DNA of 64,000 nucleotides from an uncultured virus (IMG/VR IMGVR_UViG_3300037296_000406) (lineage: Duplodnaviria > Heunggongvirae > Uroviricota > Caudoviricetes), in IMG/VR virus record IMGVR_UViG_3300037296_000406. One strand, 5' to 3'. Both the position numbers and the translations under genes were made by a program. The notes beneath the pieces were generated by a model. The model saw only the letters and a list, made by a program, of their open reading frames with translations, was not told the origin of the DNA and searched no databases. Positions 31,101-39,014 of this stretch are shown here, piece after piece (position 1 is the first letter of the stretch; every line of letters begins with the position of its first letter).

Positions 31101-32634
31101 CTTTTACTGGAGAAGATTTTATTTTATAAATTAAATTGTCGTTTTTATCTAAATCAACTGCAGAAGTTAATGTTATATTTACAGGAGTATCTTCAATAGT
31201 CGAGTGAATCTCATTTCCACCAAGAAGTGGTTTTTCATTTACATCTAAAATATTTATATTAATTCTAAAGGTTGATGATTCTAATGAACTTCCATCTACT
31301 ACTTTATAAACAAGATAGTCTGTATTATCTATAAGATTCGACTGAGCTTTATATACGCAATTTCTAATTGAGCATGAAAAAGTACCTTTAGATGGTGCAA
31401 CTGTAACAAGATAAGTTAGAGAGTCACCATCAACATCAAAACCCTTAGGTAGAAGTATTTGGGTATCGTTATTTTCAAAAACAGTAATATTTTTTAAACC
31501 TGATAAAACAGGTGCATCATTGACAGAAGAAACTACAATCTTAACTTGAGCTTCCTCAAAAGATAAGGATTCTCCGTTCCATGCTTTATATTTAAAGAAA
31601 TCATTTCCATTAAAATTAGGGTTTGGAGTATACACACAGGTAATCAATGTAACAAAAACATTTCCTTGTAAACAGTTTGATATAACCCCCTTAGATGGTG
31701 GGACAGTTAATCTGTAGCTTACAGGTAAACCTCTATAATCTTCACCTTTTGTTAGATTTACAAGTCTTATCTTAACGTCATCTTCGTTTATGTTATAAAC
31801 TTTTTCAACACTAGATATTCTTGGCTTATTATTTAAAAAAGATACCGAAAATGTTTCGTTGATTATACCTATATTTGGGTCTGTATAGACTCTATCTAGT
31901 TCCATATTTAATTCTGCAGAATCCACTAATTGGCTTTGTTGCAAATTATCACTTTTAAGAAAATAAAATAATTTACCTTCAGAATCTAAGAAAGAACTTA
32001 TCGGGTCTAGTTGAAAGTTAACATTATCTAAAGAAACAACTCTATTTGATGTTATTCTTAATGGGTCTTTAATTATATTACCAAATCTGTCAACAAGAGG
32101 ACCTACTGAAATCTTCATTTTATCAAAACTAACAAAATCATCAGCTTCGAACAATATTTCCTTATTTAATGGATAGCTTGATATTATTTTGTATGAAAAA
32201 GGAACTGATTTATTTATAATTCCTGTTTTATCTGAAAATGAAACTAATCCATTTTTTTGACCTGAAATAGTATCTTCGATTCTAATATTTATTAAACAAT
32301 TATCTTCAGGTAAAAATTTATCAGGACAACTATTTTGAGTAACTGTAGCATTACTTACATTAATCTTAAAATCAAATATTTTAGCTAAACCTTTGTTTGA
32401 TATTTTAATAGTTTTTTCTATAGGATAACCAGCTTCGACTGTACCTAATAAGTAATTAGAGCTGTCTAAAGTAATATCATTATTTGTTGGGTTTCCTGTT
32501 GGACAATCATAACGCTTATCCTCAAAAGCTCCACTCGATGATCCAGAATCATCGCAGTCAGAAACATTCTTTTTTGCACAAGAAGATATCAATAAAGACA
32601 ATATTAACCACGTTAATGTTAAGAACTTACTCAT
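25117..32634 (-). CDS. Giant surface lipoprotein/adhesin with tandem cadherin-like Ig repeats
   Basis: Lipobox ISSC; about 10 repeats with VNDAP / GxlsNC..C.YtP / D.F.Y motifs; beta-propeller-like middle; Gly-rich C-terminus. Confidence 0.8.
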   Translation of the reverse strand: MSKFLTLTWLILSLLISSCAKKNVSDCDDSGSSSGAFEDKRYDCPTGNPTNNDITLDSSNYLLGTVEAGYPIEKTIKISNKGLAKIFDFKINVSNATVTQNSCPDKFLPEDNCLINIRIEDTISGQKNGLVSFSDKTGIINKSVPFSYKIISSYPLNKEILFEADDFVSFDKMKISVGPLVDRFGNIIKDPLRITSNRVVSLDNVNFQLDPISSFLDSEGKLFYFLKSDNLQQSQLVDSAELNMELDRVYTDPNIGIINETFSVSFLNNKPRISSVEKVYNINEDDVKIRLVNLTKGEDYRGLPVSYRLTVPPSKGVISNCLQGNVFVTLITCVYTPNPNFNGNDFFKYKAWNGESLSFEEAQVKIVVSSVNDAPVLSGLKNITVFENNDTQILLPKGFDVDGDSLTYLVTVAPSKGTFSCSIRNCVYKAQSNLIDNTDYLVYKVVDGSSLESSTFRININILDVNEKPLLGGNEIHSTIEDTPVNITLTSAVDLDKNDNLIYKIKSSPVKGTISNCLKLTSDLSCTYTPNKNEDSADTFSYVAIDSKGLESESRSVSITISQVNDAPYFVNKYQEVQTLPASPVNFNILSAIDPEENSITYAIVQFPTKGNLSLSCRDTLSCSYTPFPEFNNEYDEFVYQARDQLGEISETRTVRIIIGATKLAPTLIGSLNINLDEDEEFNFNLLEGNDSDTPQEFLEYFISSISPQNGTIKNCMDLTGSDGDSDVTCTYIPNSDFVGTDQFSYSVSDGGGQSSSELIVNINVNQINDAPIFQNKEKVFEVLEDSLVNFSLENATDLENDILIYSIKINAEHGVFNSDCLTNSSIDCSYTPSENFFGEDFVIVEVADVSGLTSEFKYIFNVSNVNDAPEIGQSLLAFIVQEDSLSDIILRGATDIDSEDIDIYYRLDTAPTKGFLSNCLGINGVEGLNCKYITQSNEVGIDSFSYKSFDGTDESLPLESLISIEDVNDEPFFQTTKLGLFRVEQEVPYFFRATEALDLENDDLTYELINPPTKGILSNCFGLNGIDNCSYTASENETGNDVIVYRSKDLLNNSFNDVQIDFSIEEAKFARIFKLKTNTIISKNESISLEDKVFKLGNSLIFNNSSGPLSYVLRRNIDKTENSISGSILKFRSIQYNDELFSFETTGTNNTIKVISKDSVSFVNFNPNYIMSNPVVFNNNIYWGSNQSTIYRLNLTRIGQENKYYVDKVINKSDFLITGTTNNFTPITSFNGDLFFKYQNDSGKWFIAKMNSLGKVEKISNIKGKLFNSIGQIVSYDNDTNLKRVFITVKELDESQRIYVYDYLQSNINERFYSVTANKTLQSTLSNGKLFKGKSQDFIIFKDTKSKKAVYLRPDILVLDFVSNDIIKDFYVSEDKSRLLLDQDSVLKITDDNPILGFNILNINFTISKIDSFFGNRFFIKDTLNNYHIINDSLLISEVITPTGFNFNGNKSIFKDEVALWSSESGNESLYLYKENFNYSIPSSGSSYIDGLIGLNPNVDVTPSKFNLMNCLGSGSSQDCLVNLISGSFGTDSFIYSSSINSVRTSFSVKVLLENSIPREEVSVEKKLNLLTLNHNFNDIIDYVALKDEFYITVFEDNKNVFYKLINENIKVKIYESQSPIINIEAKGENIFFTDSTLPNKVFSYNQVEGDLVLAFEDTIGVTMEIKDTYINSDYVYYITRNYGNPARDRLIKQSLQNLSFIEVALPSGLINGKIFPVNNYFYIVAENNFAKFNDVDNTFVSTQVSSSRIRTDLSTSIDQYLMLVIENPFNNNEFDLRYFDTVSNVYETESYLFNSERIITNNSISYKKTELISLGSNSPYIYINEATLLNNGVSLFNTIVVNEKDKVIGSTTPLSSLFKGTEFYSNNVKKIEGEYYFISENELKNKIVFNKVGFKNFSKANYKSLGKINLPKFIDEDKNDVLSYDVITNPTQGYIDKCLGINSDTKDLICEYYHTGEGEFDSLVFRAFDGKEFSESKTVSFYISNTAPRFENNNNLILDVFKNISTRVNFDNANDAEGNSLFYVVDSEPSNGTLSNCNLNESNLVVTNNCMYFPNNNFVGVDSLSFYVTDKNKRTVSKLINITVSDATEPIFLTGAETFYINNLSNEIVLNIPKAYDPNGNAITYEIIQNPTSGTITNCFIDEGDYLSCKYTPNNNTNRNLDSFFYRAFNGTDYSTTQIVDIEVTGSSISGNLGSFILSESGPSLIKDNVNNLIAISSIIGYDWNPINKILTLPAGRYDFSKIIIEEGTSLVLKPIDEVSGIRKSATEFIELYSQSSCIIDGSIIGEGGFSNNPENDVTIILNDIDNNQLSHLVPLYQIHGFGGRSGGSSSVQRAPFSDFGTPSLFRGAEGQLAINDSSGDSISGGLRGYDGAPLLIKCLSSISGLGEMSVSGLDAQSGISGKNGTRDDSTEISYGGGGGSAGGNGGHSGTIFLISEDNSFTGDIITSGGIFGTGGLGGDADTIYNNPFFATRGSQGESGVQGEAGSCLNITLEGIEFNCSSE

Positions 32635-32640
32635 ATTACT

Positions 32641-32648
32641 TAAATGGA
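32641..32648 (-). promoter_or_regulatory. TCCATTTA motif
   Basis: 6 nt before ATG 32634, no SD. Confidence 0.7.
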
Positions 32649-32669
32649 ATAAATTACTAGCTTATTTGG

Positions 32670-34490
32670 CTATTTTTTTAATTTTAGTTCTTTTAAAAAC
32701 TCTTTCATAAATTGCTTTATCACTTGCTTCTCATCTATAACGTCTTTAGCTTCTTTTCCATCGAGAACTTGACCGAGAATAGCTTCTTTACCCTTAAGTA
32801 TTTGCCACAACATAGACTCCATAGAATTTAAATAATTCATATAATAAATCGATACTTTCTTTTTTTGACCTAATCTATAAGCTCTATCTTCTGCTTGTTC
32901 ATGATCTGCTGGATTCCATAATAAATCACAAAACAATACAGTATCCGCAGCGGTTATATTGAAACCAATGCCTCCTGCTTTAGTTGATGCAACAAGAATT
33001 CTTTTATTTGGATCATTTGAAAATTCATCGACTTGATCTAACCTTTTCTCCGAACTATACTTTGCTAAAATAGCTGATGAAATATCCTTATAGTGTTCAT
33101 GTAAAAGCCTTTGGCTTTCTTTAAATTGAGTAAATATTATGATTTTACGTGAAGGGTCATCTTCCATTAATTGATCTGCAAATTCAATAACCCTTTGAAC
33201 TTTCATAATAGATAAGTGTTGTTTTATTTTTATTGTTTTTGCTAGAAAAGAGAATGTTGACCCTTTTTTAGATAAATAATCATTTTTAAAATCTAATTTT
33301 AATTTATTGTATGATGATTGTTCTTTTGAAGAAAACTCTAAATCTAATAAATTTATTGTTTTTGATGGAAGTTCTTTCAAAACATTTTCTTTAATTCTTC
33401 TTATATAAAAGGGCGCTATCTTAAAATGAAGTTCTCTTAAATTAGATGCACCAGTGTAGTCGTAACCTCTACCCCAATGATTTTCTTGAGCATCACAATA
33501 CCGTAATCCAAATTTTTCTTTATTTGGAAACAAATCTCCTCTAAGAAATTTAAGTTGAGGATAAAACTCTATAGGTCTATTCTTAATTGCTGTACCACTA
33601 AGCAAAATTCTTTTTTCTATCTTTGAAAAAATACTAAAAACGGCTTTAGTTCTTTTTGCTTGGTTATTACTAATGTATTGAGATTCATCTAAAACAACAC
33701 AATCAAATTTCAATAATTTTAGTATTACTTTATATTTGTCTAATTGTTCATAATTTATTATAATATAGTCAAAAGATTCTTCAGTAAAATAATTTCTTAT
33801 GGAGTCATTGTATTTTCTAGAAGTAATACCTTTTTCTTTTATAGGTATTTTATACTCGGACAAAACAAGTGCTTTTCTATTAGTAAATTTATTAATTTCT
33901 CTTTCCCAGTTGTATTTAAGAGATGCTGGAGAAACTACGACTGTTTTTAGTCCGTTTTTTGTAGTATATCCTATTGCTTGCATAGTTTTTCCAAGACCCA
34001 TAGAATCGCCAATATAAGCAATACCATCATTGGCTTCAATAAATTCAATTCCTACTTTCTGGAAAGGGAATGGTTGAACTAACATAGATTCAAAACTCAA
34101 ATCGTTAGTAATCTTCTTTTTAATTCTCAATTTAACTCTAGCTTCTTCTAGATAAGCTTTTCTATCTAAGATAGAATTATTTAAAATATTAAATGCTTTA
34201 GTTGAGATTTCCCAGCTATACTGAGGTGCTTCTTTATTAATCTCTAAAAGAAATTGACAAGTATCTTTATCTGTTGTTTTTTTTAATTCCCATTTCTTTA
34301 AAAGAGAATCCCATCTTATCGTATTTAAAAAATGATATTTTTTTCTTAACTTTTGGTCGAAAGGATGGTCAATAAAAATTCTTCCATTATTTTCTGAAAT
34401 ATATGCTTTATCAGGCTTGAGTTTTCTATTTAAAACTCTTTTTTTAATAGGGTTTTCAATAATATTATTAATTATATCTTTAGCTTTCAT
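32670..34490 (-). CDS. SNF2-family ATPase, SMARCAL1/HARP-like
   Basis: GDSMGLGKT; VLDESQ; LLSGTAIKNRP; GGIGFNITAA; QAEDRAYRLGQ; N-terminal PFD...RWD...KWEL HARP-like segment. Confidence 0.9.
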   Translation of the reverse strand: MKAKDIINNIIENPIKKRVLNRKLKPDKAYISENNGRIFIDHPFDQKLRKKYHFLNTIRWDSLLKKWELKKTTDKDTCQFLLEINKEAPQYSWEISTKAFNILNNSILDRKAYLEEARVKLRIKKKITNDLSFESMLVQPFPFQKVGIEFIEANDGIAYIGDSMGLGKTMQAIGYTTKNGLKTVVVSPASLKYNWEREINKFTNRKALVLSEYKIPIKEKGITSRKYNDSIRNYFTEESFDYIIINYEQLDKYKVILKLLKFDCVVLDESQYISNNQAKRTKAVFSIFSKIEKRILLSGTAIKNRPIEFYPQLKFLRGDLFPNKEKFGLRYCDAQENHWGRGYDYTGASNLRELHFKIAPFYIRRIKENVLKELPSKTINLLDLEFSSKEQSSYNKLKLDFKNDYLSKKGSTFSFLAKTIKIKQHLSIMKVQRVIEFADQLMEDDPSRKIIIFTQFKESQRLLHEHYKDISSAILAKYSSEKRLDQVDEFSNDPNKRILVASTKAGGIGFNITAADTVLFCDLLWNPADHEQAEDRAYRLGQKKKVSIYYMNYLNSMESMLWQILKGKEAILGQVLDGKEAKDVIDEKQVIKQFMKEFLKELKLKK

Positions 34491-34497
34491 CTATCTA

Positions 34498-34505
34498 TAA
34501 ATGTA
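34498..34505 (-). promoter_or_regulatory. TCCATTTA-family motif (TACATTTA)
   Basis: 7 nt before ATG 34490, no SD. Confidence 0.6.
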
Positions 34506-34542
34506 TTTTTATAGAATGATCTCACTTTTCTTTTAATTACTT

Positions 34543-34550
34543 TCCATTTA
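34543..34550 (+). promoter_or_regulatory. TCCATTTA motif
   Basis: 6 nt before ATG 34557; divergent partner of the 34498 copy. Confidence 0.7.
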
Positions 34551-34556
34551 CAGTAT

Positions 34557-34961
34557 ATGAAAGAAATGAAGAATATGATTATACTAATTATACTAACAAT
34601 AAGCTCATCTGTCTTAGCTCTTGATTTTTCTGAAAATGTTCCGGGAAAAAATTATACATACAGAGAATTTCTTATGAATAGAGCTATTGTAAATAAATTT
34701 AGACAAGATGCTAAACAAGACCAATTACAAGGTGATGGAATGCAATTTTCAGGCATTGTAAAAATGAAGATGGAAGATACTTTTAATGAAGAAGGCGTTA
34801 AAGAAGTTAAAAAAGTATATAGAATATTCCTTAGAGGTTGTGGTGACGTTAAAGTACCCGACAAAGATGAAAAGAAAATGAAAAAACTTAATAAAGGTTC
34901 TAGAATAAAACTATACCTTAATGGCTCTTCTTGTACAATATCTAACTGGGAAATGTTTTAA
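34557..34961 (+). CDS. Secreted hypothetical protein (possible OB-fold)
   Basis: Signal peptide ending VLA; beta-rich C-terminus with two Cys. Confidence 0.65.
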   Translation: MKEMKNMIILIILTISSSVLALDFSENVPGKNYTYREFLMNRAIVNKFRQDAKQDQLQGDGMQFSGIVKMKMEDTFNEEGVKEVKKVYRIFLRGCGDVKVPDKDEKKMKKLNKGSRIKLYLNGSSCTISNWEMF

Positions 34962-35031
34962 AAGTCAAGTAAAAAAACGAGCTATAACTACCTAAATTAA
35001 TTACGATTTTAAATTTAAATATTTCATTTTT

Positions 35032-35060
35032 TTGACATTGTATTTTCTGTGTGTTAACAT
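35032..35060 (+). promoter_or_regulatory. Near-consensus sigma70 promoter
   Basis: TTGACA (35032-35037), 17 nt spacer, TAACAT (35055-35060), extended -10 TG; AGGAG SD before ATG 35103. Confidence 0.7.
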
Positions 35061-35102
35061 TCTAAATATAACTAATGCATGATGCATTTTTAGGAGTTTA
35101 GG

Positions 35103-36227
35103 ATGAACAAATCAAAAAGACAAAGTCTCAATTTTGAGACTTCACAAGTATCAAGAGACGAACTGGCTTTTTTTCTGTTAAAAACTGCAAGTAAAACTAA
35201 GTTAGTAAATAGAAAAGTAAAAGACTTTTCGTCTCACCCTCAATTTAGTGTAATATATAATAAAGAAGAATTAACTGAGATTTTAAATATTACTATTGCT
35301 AAAGTTATTAATGCTCATGAGGCATACATCTTAAAAAAACTAGGTAAAGAAATTCCTGAGGGATATCCTAACATTGGAGCTGATTTGGACTTAAGTTCTT
35401 TCGGAAACGTTACAGGGTATATGAGAAGTGCTTATGATAATAATGTTTCAAAAGATTATAAAAGACATATTGCAGTGAAGAGAAGCGGAGACGTTGTATC
35501 TTATGACTCAGCTTCGCAAGAAGACTCGAATGACAATAAGCAAGGTAATGCTATATTAAATCAAATGTTTGAATCTTCAATTGAGGATTCAGATGCAAAA
35601 AATGAATATGATAGACTTATCGGGGAAATTTTATCATTTTTAAAAAAATATGATAAAAAAGTTAATACCTTATTAGCTAAGAAAAACAAAGGTATTGTCC
35701 GAGATGAAAAAAAATCAAAATTTGCATTCTTATTTATTTATTTATTAAATCCTAAATTAAAAGGTAAGTACGTTCACATAAAAGATAAACTGCCTGAATG
35801 GACTCAATATTTATTTAAAAAAAATAAAAATGAATTAGCAGAAATTATACAGGCTAATTTTCCTGAAGAGATGAAGTTTCTTTATACTTATCTTAATGAA
35901 TCATCTGATTCTTATGGTGAAACCTTAAGACCAAAAAGAACAGCAACTTACTTTGATCAGTCATGTGATGTAACATCATCGTATAGTTATATTTTTAAAG
36001 GTAAAAAGATGAAAGTTGTTTACACAATACAAATGTTCAGAAAAAATAATGGTAGAGTAGAAATTCTTGAAGAAATGAGTAAAAGTAAGATATCTTCTCA
36101 AGAAAATTTAGAACTTGTTAAAGCTGAACTCGCTCAGAAAATGGAAAGGTCTTTTGTAAAAATGAAAGATATTGCAGAAAGAAGAAGAATAAAGAGTGTT
36201 CAAGCTATATACAGCAAGGCAGCTTAA
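35103..36227 (+). CDS. Possible highly divergent sigma-like transcription factor
   Basis: NVTGYMRSAYDNNVSKDYKRHIAVKR followed by VSYDS resembles the end of sigma region 2; parallels 42518..43315 (YNYFKKAFSFKCQDLYRKHSRLKR). Confidence 0.4.
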   Translation: MNKSKRQSLNFETSQVSRDELAFFLLKTASKTKLVNRKVKDFSSHPQFSVIYNKEELTEILNITIAKVINAHEAYILKKLGKEIPEGYPNIGADLDLSSFGNVTGYMRSAYDNNVSKDYKRHIAVKRSGDVVSYDSASQEDSNDNKQGNAILNQMFESSIEDSDAKNEYDRLIGEILSFLKKYDKKVNTLLAKKNKGIVRDEKKSKFAFLFIYLLNPKLKGKYVHIKDKLPEWTQYLFKKNKNELAEIIQANFPEEMKFLYTYLNESSDSYGETLRPKRTATYFDQSCDVTSSYSYIFKGKKMKVVYTIQMFRKNNGRVEILEEMSKSKISSQENLELVKAELAQKMERSFVKMKDIAERRRIKSVQAIYSKAA

Positions 36228-38137
36228 GCTTCCCTTTCGTCCAAGATGTTTTGCTTTAATCTTTCTCTGATTTTAAGTAAAACATCTTTATCTAAAGATT
36301 CTTGATTATCTTCTTTTCGATTCTGTTCATTTTTTACTTCTTTTATTTCTTCAACAGAAGCAACTTCCGCATTGTCTTCAATAAAAGTAACATCTTCTTT
36401 TTTTTCTTTCAGTATAGGCTTGTCAATAGTTTCTAAAAACTGTTTTCTATCCGATTTTAGCTTTGCTTTATAGGCTTCTCTTTCTTCTTTAAGCTGTTCT
36501 TTAATATTTTTAGTTTCAGATACAATGGGCTCGACAGGTAATTTTTCATTAACTTCAATTCTATTAGATATACTCTCAGAAATATCTTCGATAATTTTGT
36601 AGTCTTCTTCAATTTCTTCAGATACATTAGCTGTCTCAATAACATTAGTTCCTACTGTTTCTATAGAATCGTTTTCTAAGTCTTTAATATCTGAGATTCC
36701 ATATCTTAAATAAAACTCGTGAAACTTTCCTTCTTTTTCTAATACAGCTCTATTATCTAACATGTTAGCTATCTGAATTAAATCGTCATTATCGAGAACA
36801 ACTGCATCAACTTCACTATTCTTTTCTAAAGAATTAACTCCCATAGGAGGAGATATTTCACTAACGATTACTAATATTTTATTACATTTAAGAACTTCTG
36901 CTCCTCGAATAAGAGCTTCAACTTCTTTTTTACTTCCTTGTTCTCTGTTATTTATTAATCTAATTGCATATTTGTCGTCATATTTCGTTCCTATCATGTC
37001 CGCGACAAAAGTCTCATTAGGTTGTATTTCTACTTCAATATTAAAGTCTTTTAACAATCTTGTTGCAATAGTTTTAATATCGTATTGATTTGAAAACTTT
37101 ATAATATCCTTATAAGGCTTTATCCATACCATACCATCATTACCTTCACCCGCAAGTGCTTTATGATAGTCTTCAGGTTGACCTTTAAGTAATTTAGCAA
37201 TTAAAGGTTTATAATACTTTTTTAACATTATTTCAAGGATATCATCTGAAATATATGGATACTGAATAAATCCATCTTCGTATGCGCACCTACCACGTTG
37301 TTTTACGCCAATTTCTTGAGCGTGTGGTAAATTCATAGAGCTAGCTTCTCCGGGGTTATTCATCCTGAACGCCATCATCATAGATAATCCGGGTTTTAAT
37401 TGAGAAGGTACATCTTCTGATGTAGCTCTTTGTGTTGCGAACATAAAACATATACCATATGAACGACCAACTCTCATTAATTCTTTTAACTTAGATGCAA
37501 TAGAACCTTGTTGATCTACTTTCATAGCAAATCTGACTTGAGGACTGTTTGGTATAGCATGAAATTCTTCAATACAGATCATCATTCTTGCGATACCTTT
37601 AAAATCCTTATCTTTATCTTTCATGATAGAATCATAACTATAGATATTATTTGCTCCAACATTAGAAAACTCTTCTTTTCTAGCCATACATTCTTCATAA
37701 ACCATATCAATTACAGGAACTATTTTTGCGCTATCATTAATAGCAGCGACTACATTCCTTTTGTAAGGATTTTCTTTAATTATGTTTCCAAAATCATCGG
37801 TTTCATCTTTAAACAATTGGACATAATCGTTCATTCCCTTTAATGTATCTACAAGTATATAGAATGTGTTTTCACTATTTGTTGCTATATGTGTTGCTAC
37901 AGTAAATCTCATCGCAATAGACTTACCTGAACCCATTCCTCCACAAAATAAAGCTCCGGGTTGCATTACAGGATCTAAATAGTGAAAGCCTTTTTCAGAA
38001 TCAGATATCCCAAAAACAACTTTATCTTTAAATTTTCCAGACTCTAAAGCTTTGATGTATGAATTTAGATCACCTTCAACTTTCTGTGTTGGTGATAAAA
38101 ATACTTTATCTAATAGATTTGATACAACGCCTGACAT
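36224..38137 (-). CDS. FtsK/SpoIIIE-type P-loop ATPase with C-terminal degenerate Mrr-like domain
   Basis: CGGMGSGKS; VDTLKG; IEEFHA; GRSYGI...ATQRAT; GRC; then ADMIGTK...YAIRL...CNKILVIVS; acidic tail; no TM. Confidence 0.75.
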   Translation of the reverse strand: MSGVVSNLLDKVFLSPTQKVEGDLNSYIKALESGKFKDKVVFGISDSEKGFHYLDPVMQPGALFCGGMGSGKSIAMRFTVATHIATNSENTFYILVDTLKGMNDYVQLFKDETDDFGNIIKENPYKRNVVAAINDSAKIVPVIDMVYEECMARKEEFSNVGANNIYSYDSIMKDKDKDFKGIARMMICIEEFHAIPNSPQVRFAMKVDQQGSIASKLKELMRVGRSYGICFMFATQRATSEDVPSQLKPGLSMMMAFRMNNPGEASSMNLPHAQEIGVKQRGRCAYEDGFIQYPYISDDILEIMLKKYYKPLIAKLLKGQPEDYHKALAGEGNDGMVWIKPYKDIIKFSNQYDIKTIATRLLKDFNIEVEIQPNETFVADMIGTKYDDKYAIRLINNREQGSKKEVEALIRGAEVLKCNKILVIVSEISPPMGVNSLEKNSEVDAVVLDNDDLIQIANMLDNRAVLEKEGKFHEFYLRYGISDIKDLENDSIETVGTNVIETANVSEEIEEDYKIIEDISESISNRIEVNEKLPVEPIVSETKNIKEQLKEEREAYKAKLKSDRKQFLETIDKPILKEKKEDVTFIEDNAEVASVEEIKEVKNEQNRKEDNQESLDKDVLLKIRERLKQNILDEREA

Positions 38138-38953
38138 TTAAACTCCATCTGAACCATCAAAATCTCCACCATCTCCGTCATCAGAGATATATTGACCATT
38201 TGGTCTTCCACCTTTATTAGGATTAACTCTATTATTAATCCTATCTTTAGTTAACCAGTACTCTCTAGATTGACCGAAAGAATTTGCTTTAACGAACTTA
38301 TGTAGTTTTTCGGCATTATGAATTGATATTTTATCAAATATAATTTTTTGATTTCGACCTAATTCTAATATTACTTTACCTAGACCTAAAACGATATCCA
38401 TTGTATTTCTTTCTAAATCTTCATCTTGAAGTTTTGTTAAATTTGTTGAGTCATTAATACGAGTAAAGACTCCTTTTGATATTTGAACGAATCTTTTATT
38501 AGCAGTTATAACTGCTGTTTTTGCATATATAATATAATAAAGTATCATTAATATTGATATACCTGCGATTGGGAGTAATATCCACTGAAACATATCGTAA
38601 CTAATAACATATGTATTTGATTGAAAATAGATAAGAGATATAAATCCTGCCATAGCTACAATAAACACCATTAATATATTTTTTCTTCCCATTGAAATTT
38701 TATTAAAGATATATAATAGAATAACCATTAATATAATTTCCATAGGAGTAAGAATGTTTATTTTAAATAAAAATTTTGCAGGTATCCCTTTCGTAGGTAT
38801 CTTAGATAGAATAAAAAGAGAATATACTGCTACGATTAGTGCTGGAAGAATATGAGGAAAAAATCCTTTAATAGACATATTCATCTTAATATCTATTCTT
38901 TCTATTTCTCTTTCGAAATCGTCTTTTTCATAATTTTCTTCATTATCGTTCAT
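38138..38953 (-). CDS. Membrane protein with bacterial PH (bPH_2-like) domain
   Basis: Four TMs, then ISKGVFTR...KLQD...DIVLGLGKVIL; its stop abuts the ATPase start. Confidence 0.6.
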   Translation of the reverse strand: MNDNEENYEKDDFEREIERIDIKMNMSIKGFFPHILPALIVAVYSLFILSKIPTKGIPAKFLFKINILTPMEIILMVILLYIFNKISMGRKNILMVFIVAMAGFISLIYFQSNTYVISYDMFQWILLPIAGISILMILYYIIYAKTAVITANKRFVQISKGVFTRINDSTNLTKLQDEDLERNTMDIVLGLGKVILELGRNQKIIFDKISIHNAEKLHKFVKANSFGQSREYWLTKDRINNRVNPNKGGRPNGQYISDDGDGGDFDGSDGV

Positions 38954-38978
38954 AAATAATTTCCTTGATTTGTCTATC

Positions 38979-38986
38979 TAAATGGA
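38979..38986 (-). promoter_or_regulatory. TCCATTTA motif
   Basis: 25 nt upstream of ATG 38953, AAGGAA SD in between. Confidence 0.65.
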
Positions 38987-39014
38987 TTTTTTTATATTAT
39001 TAATTGTGTTTTTA

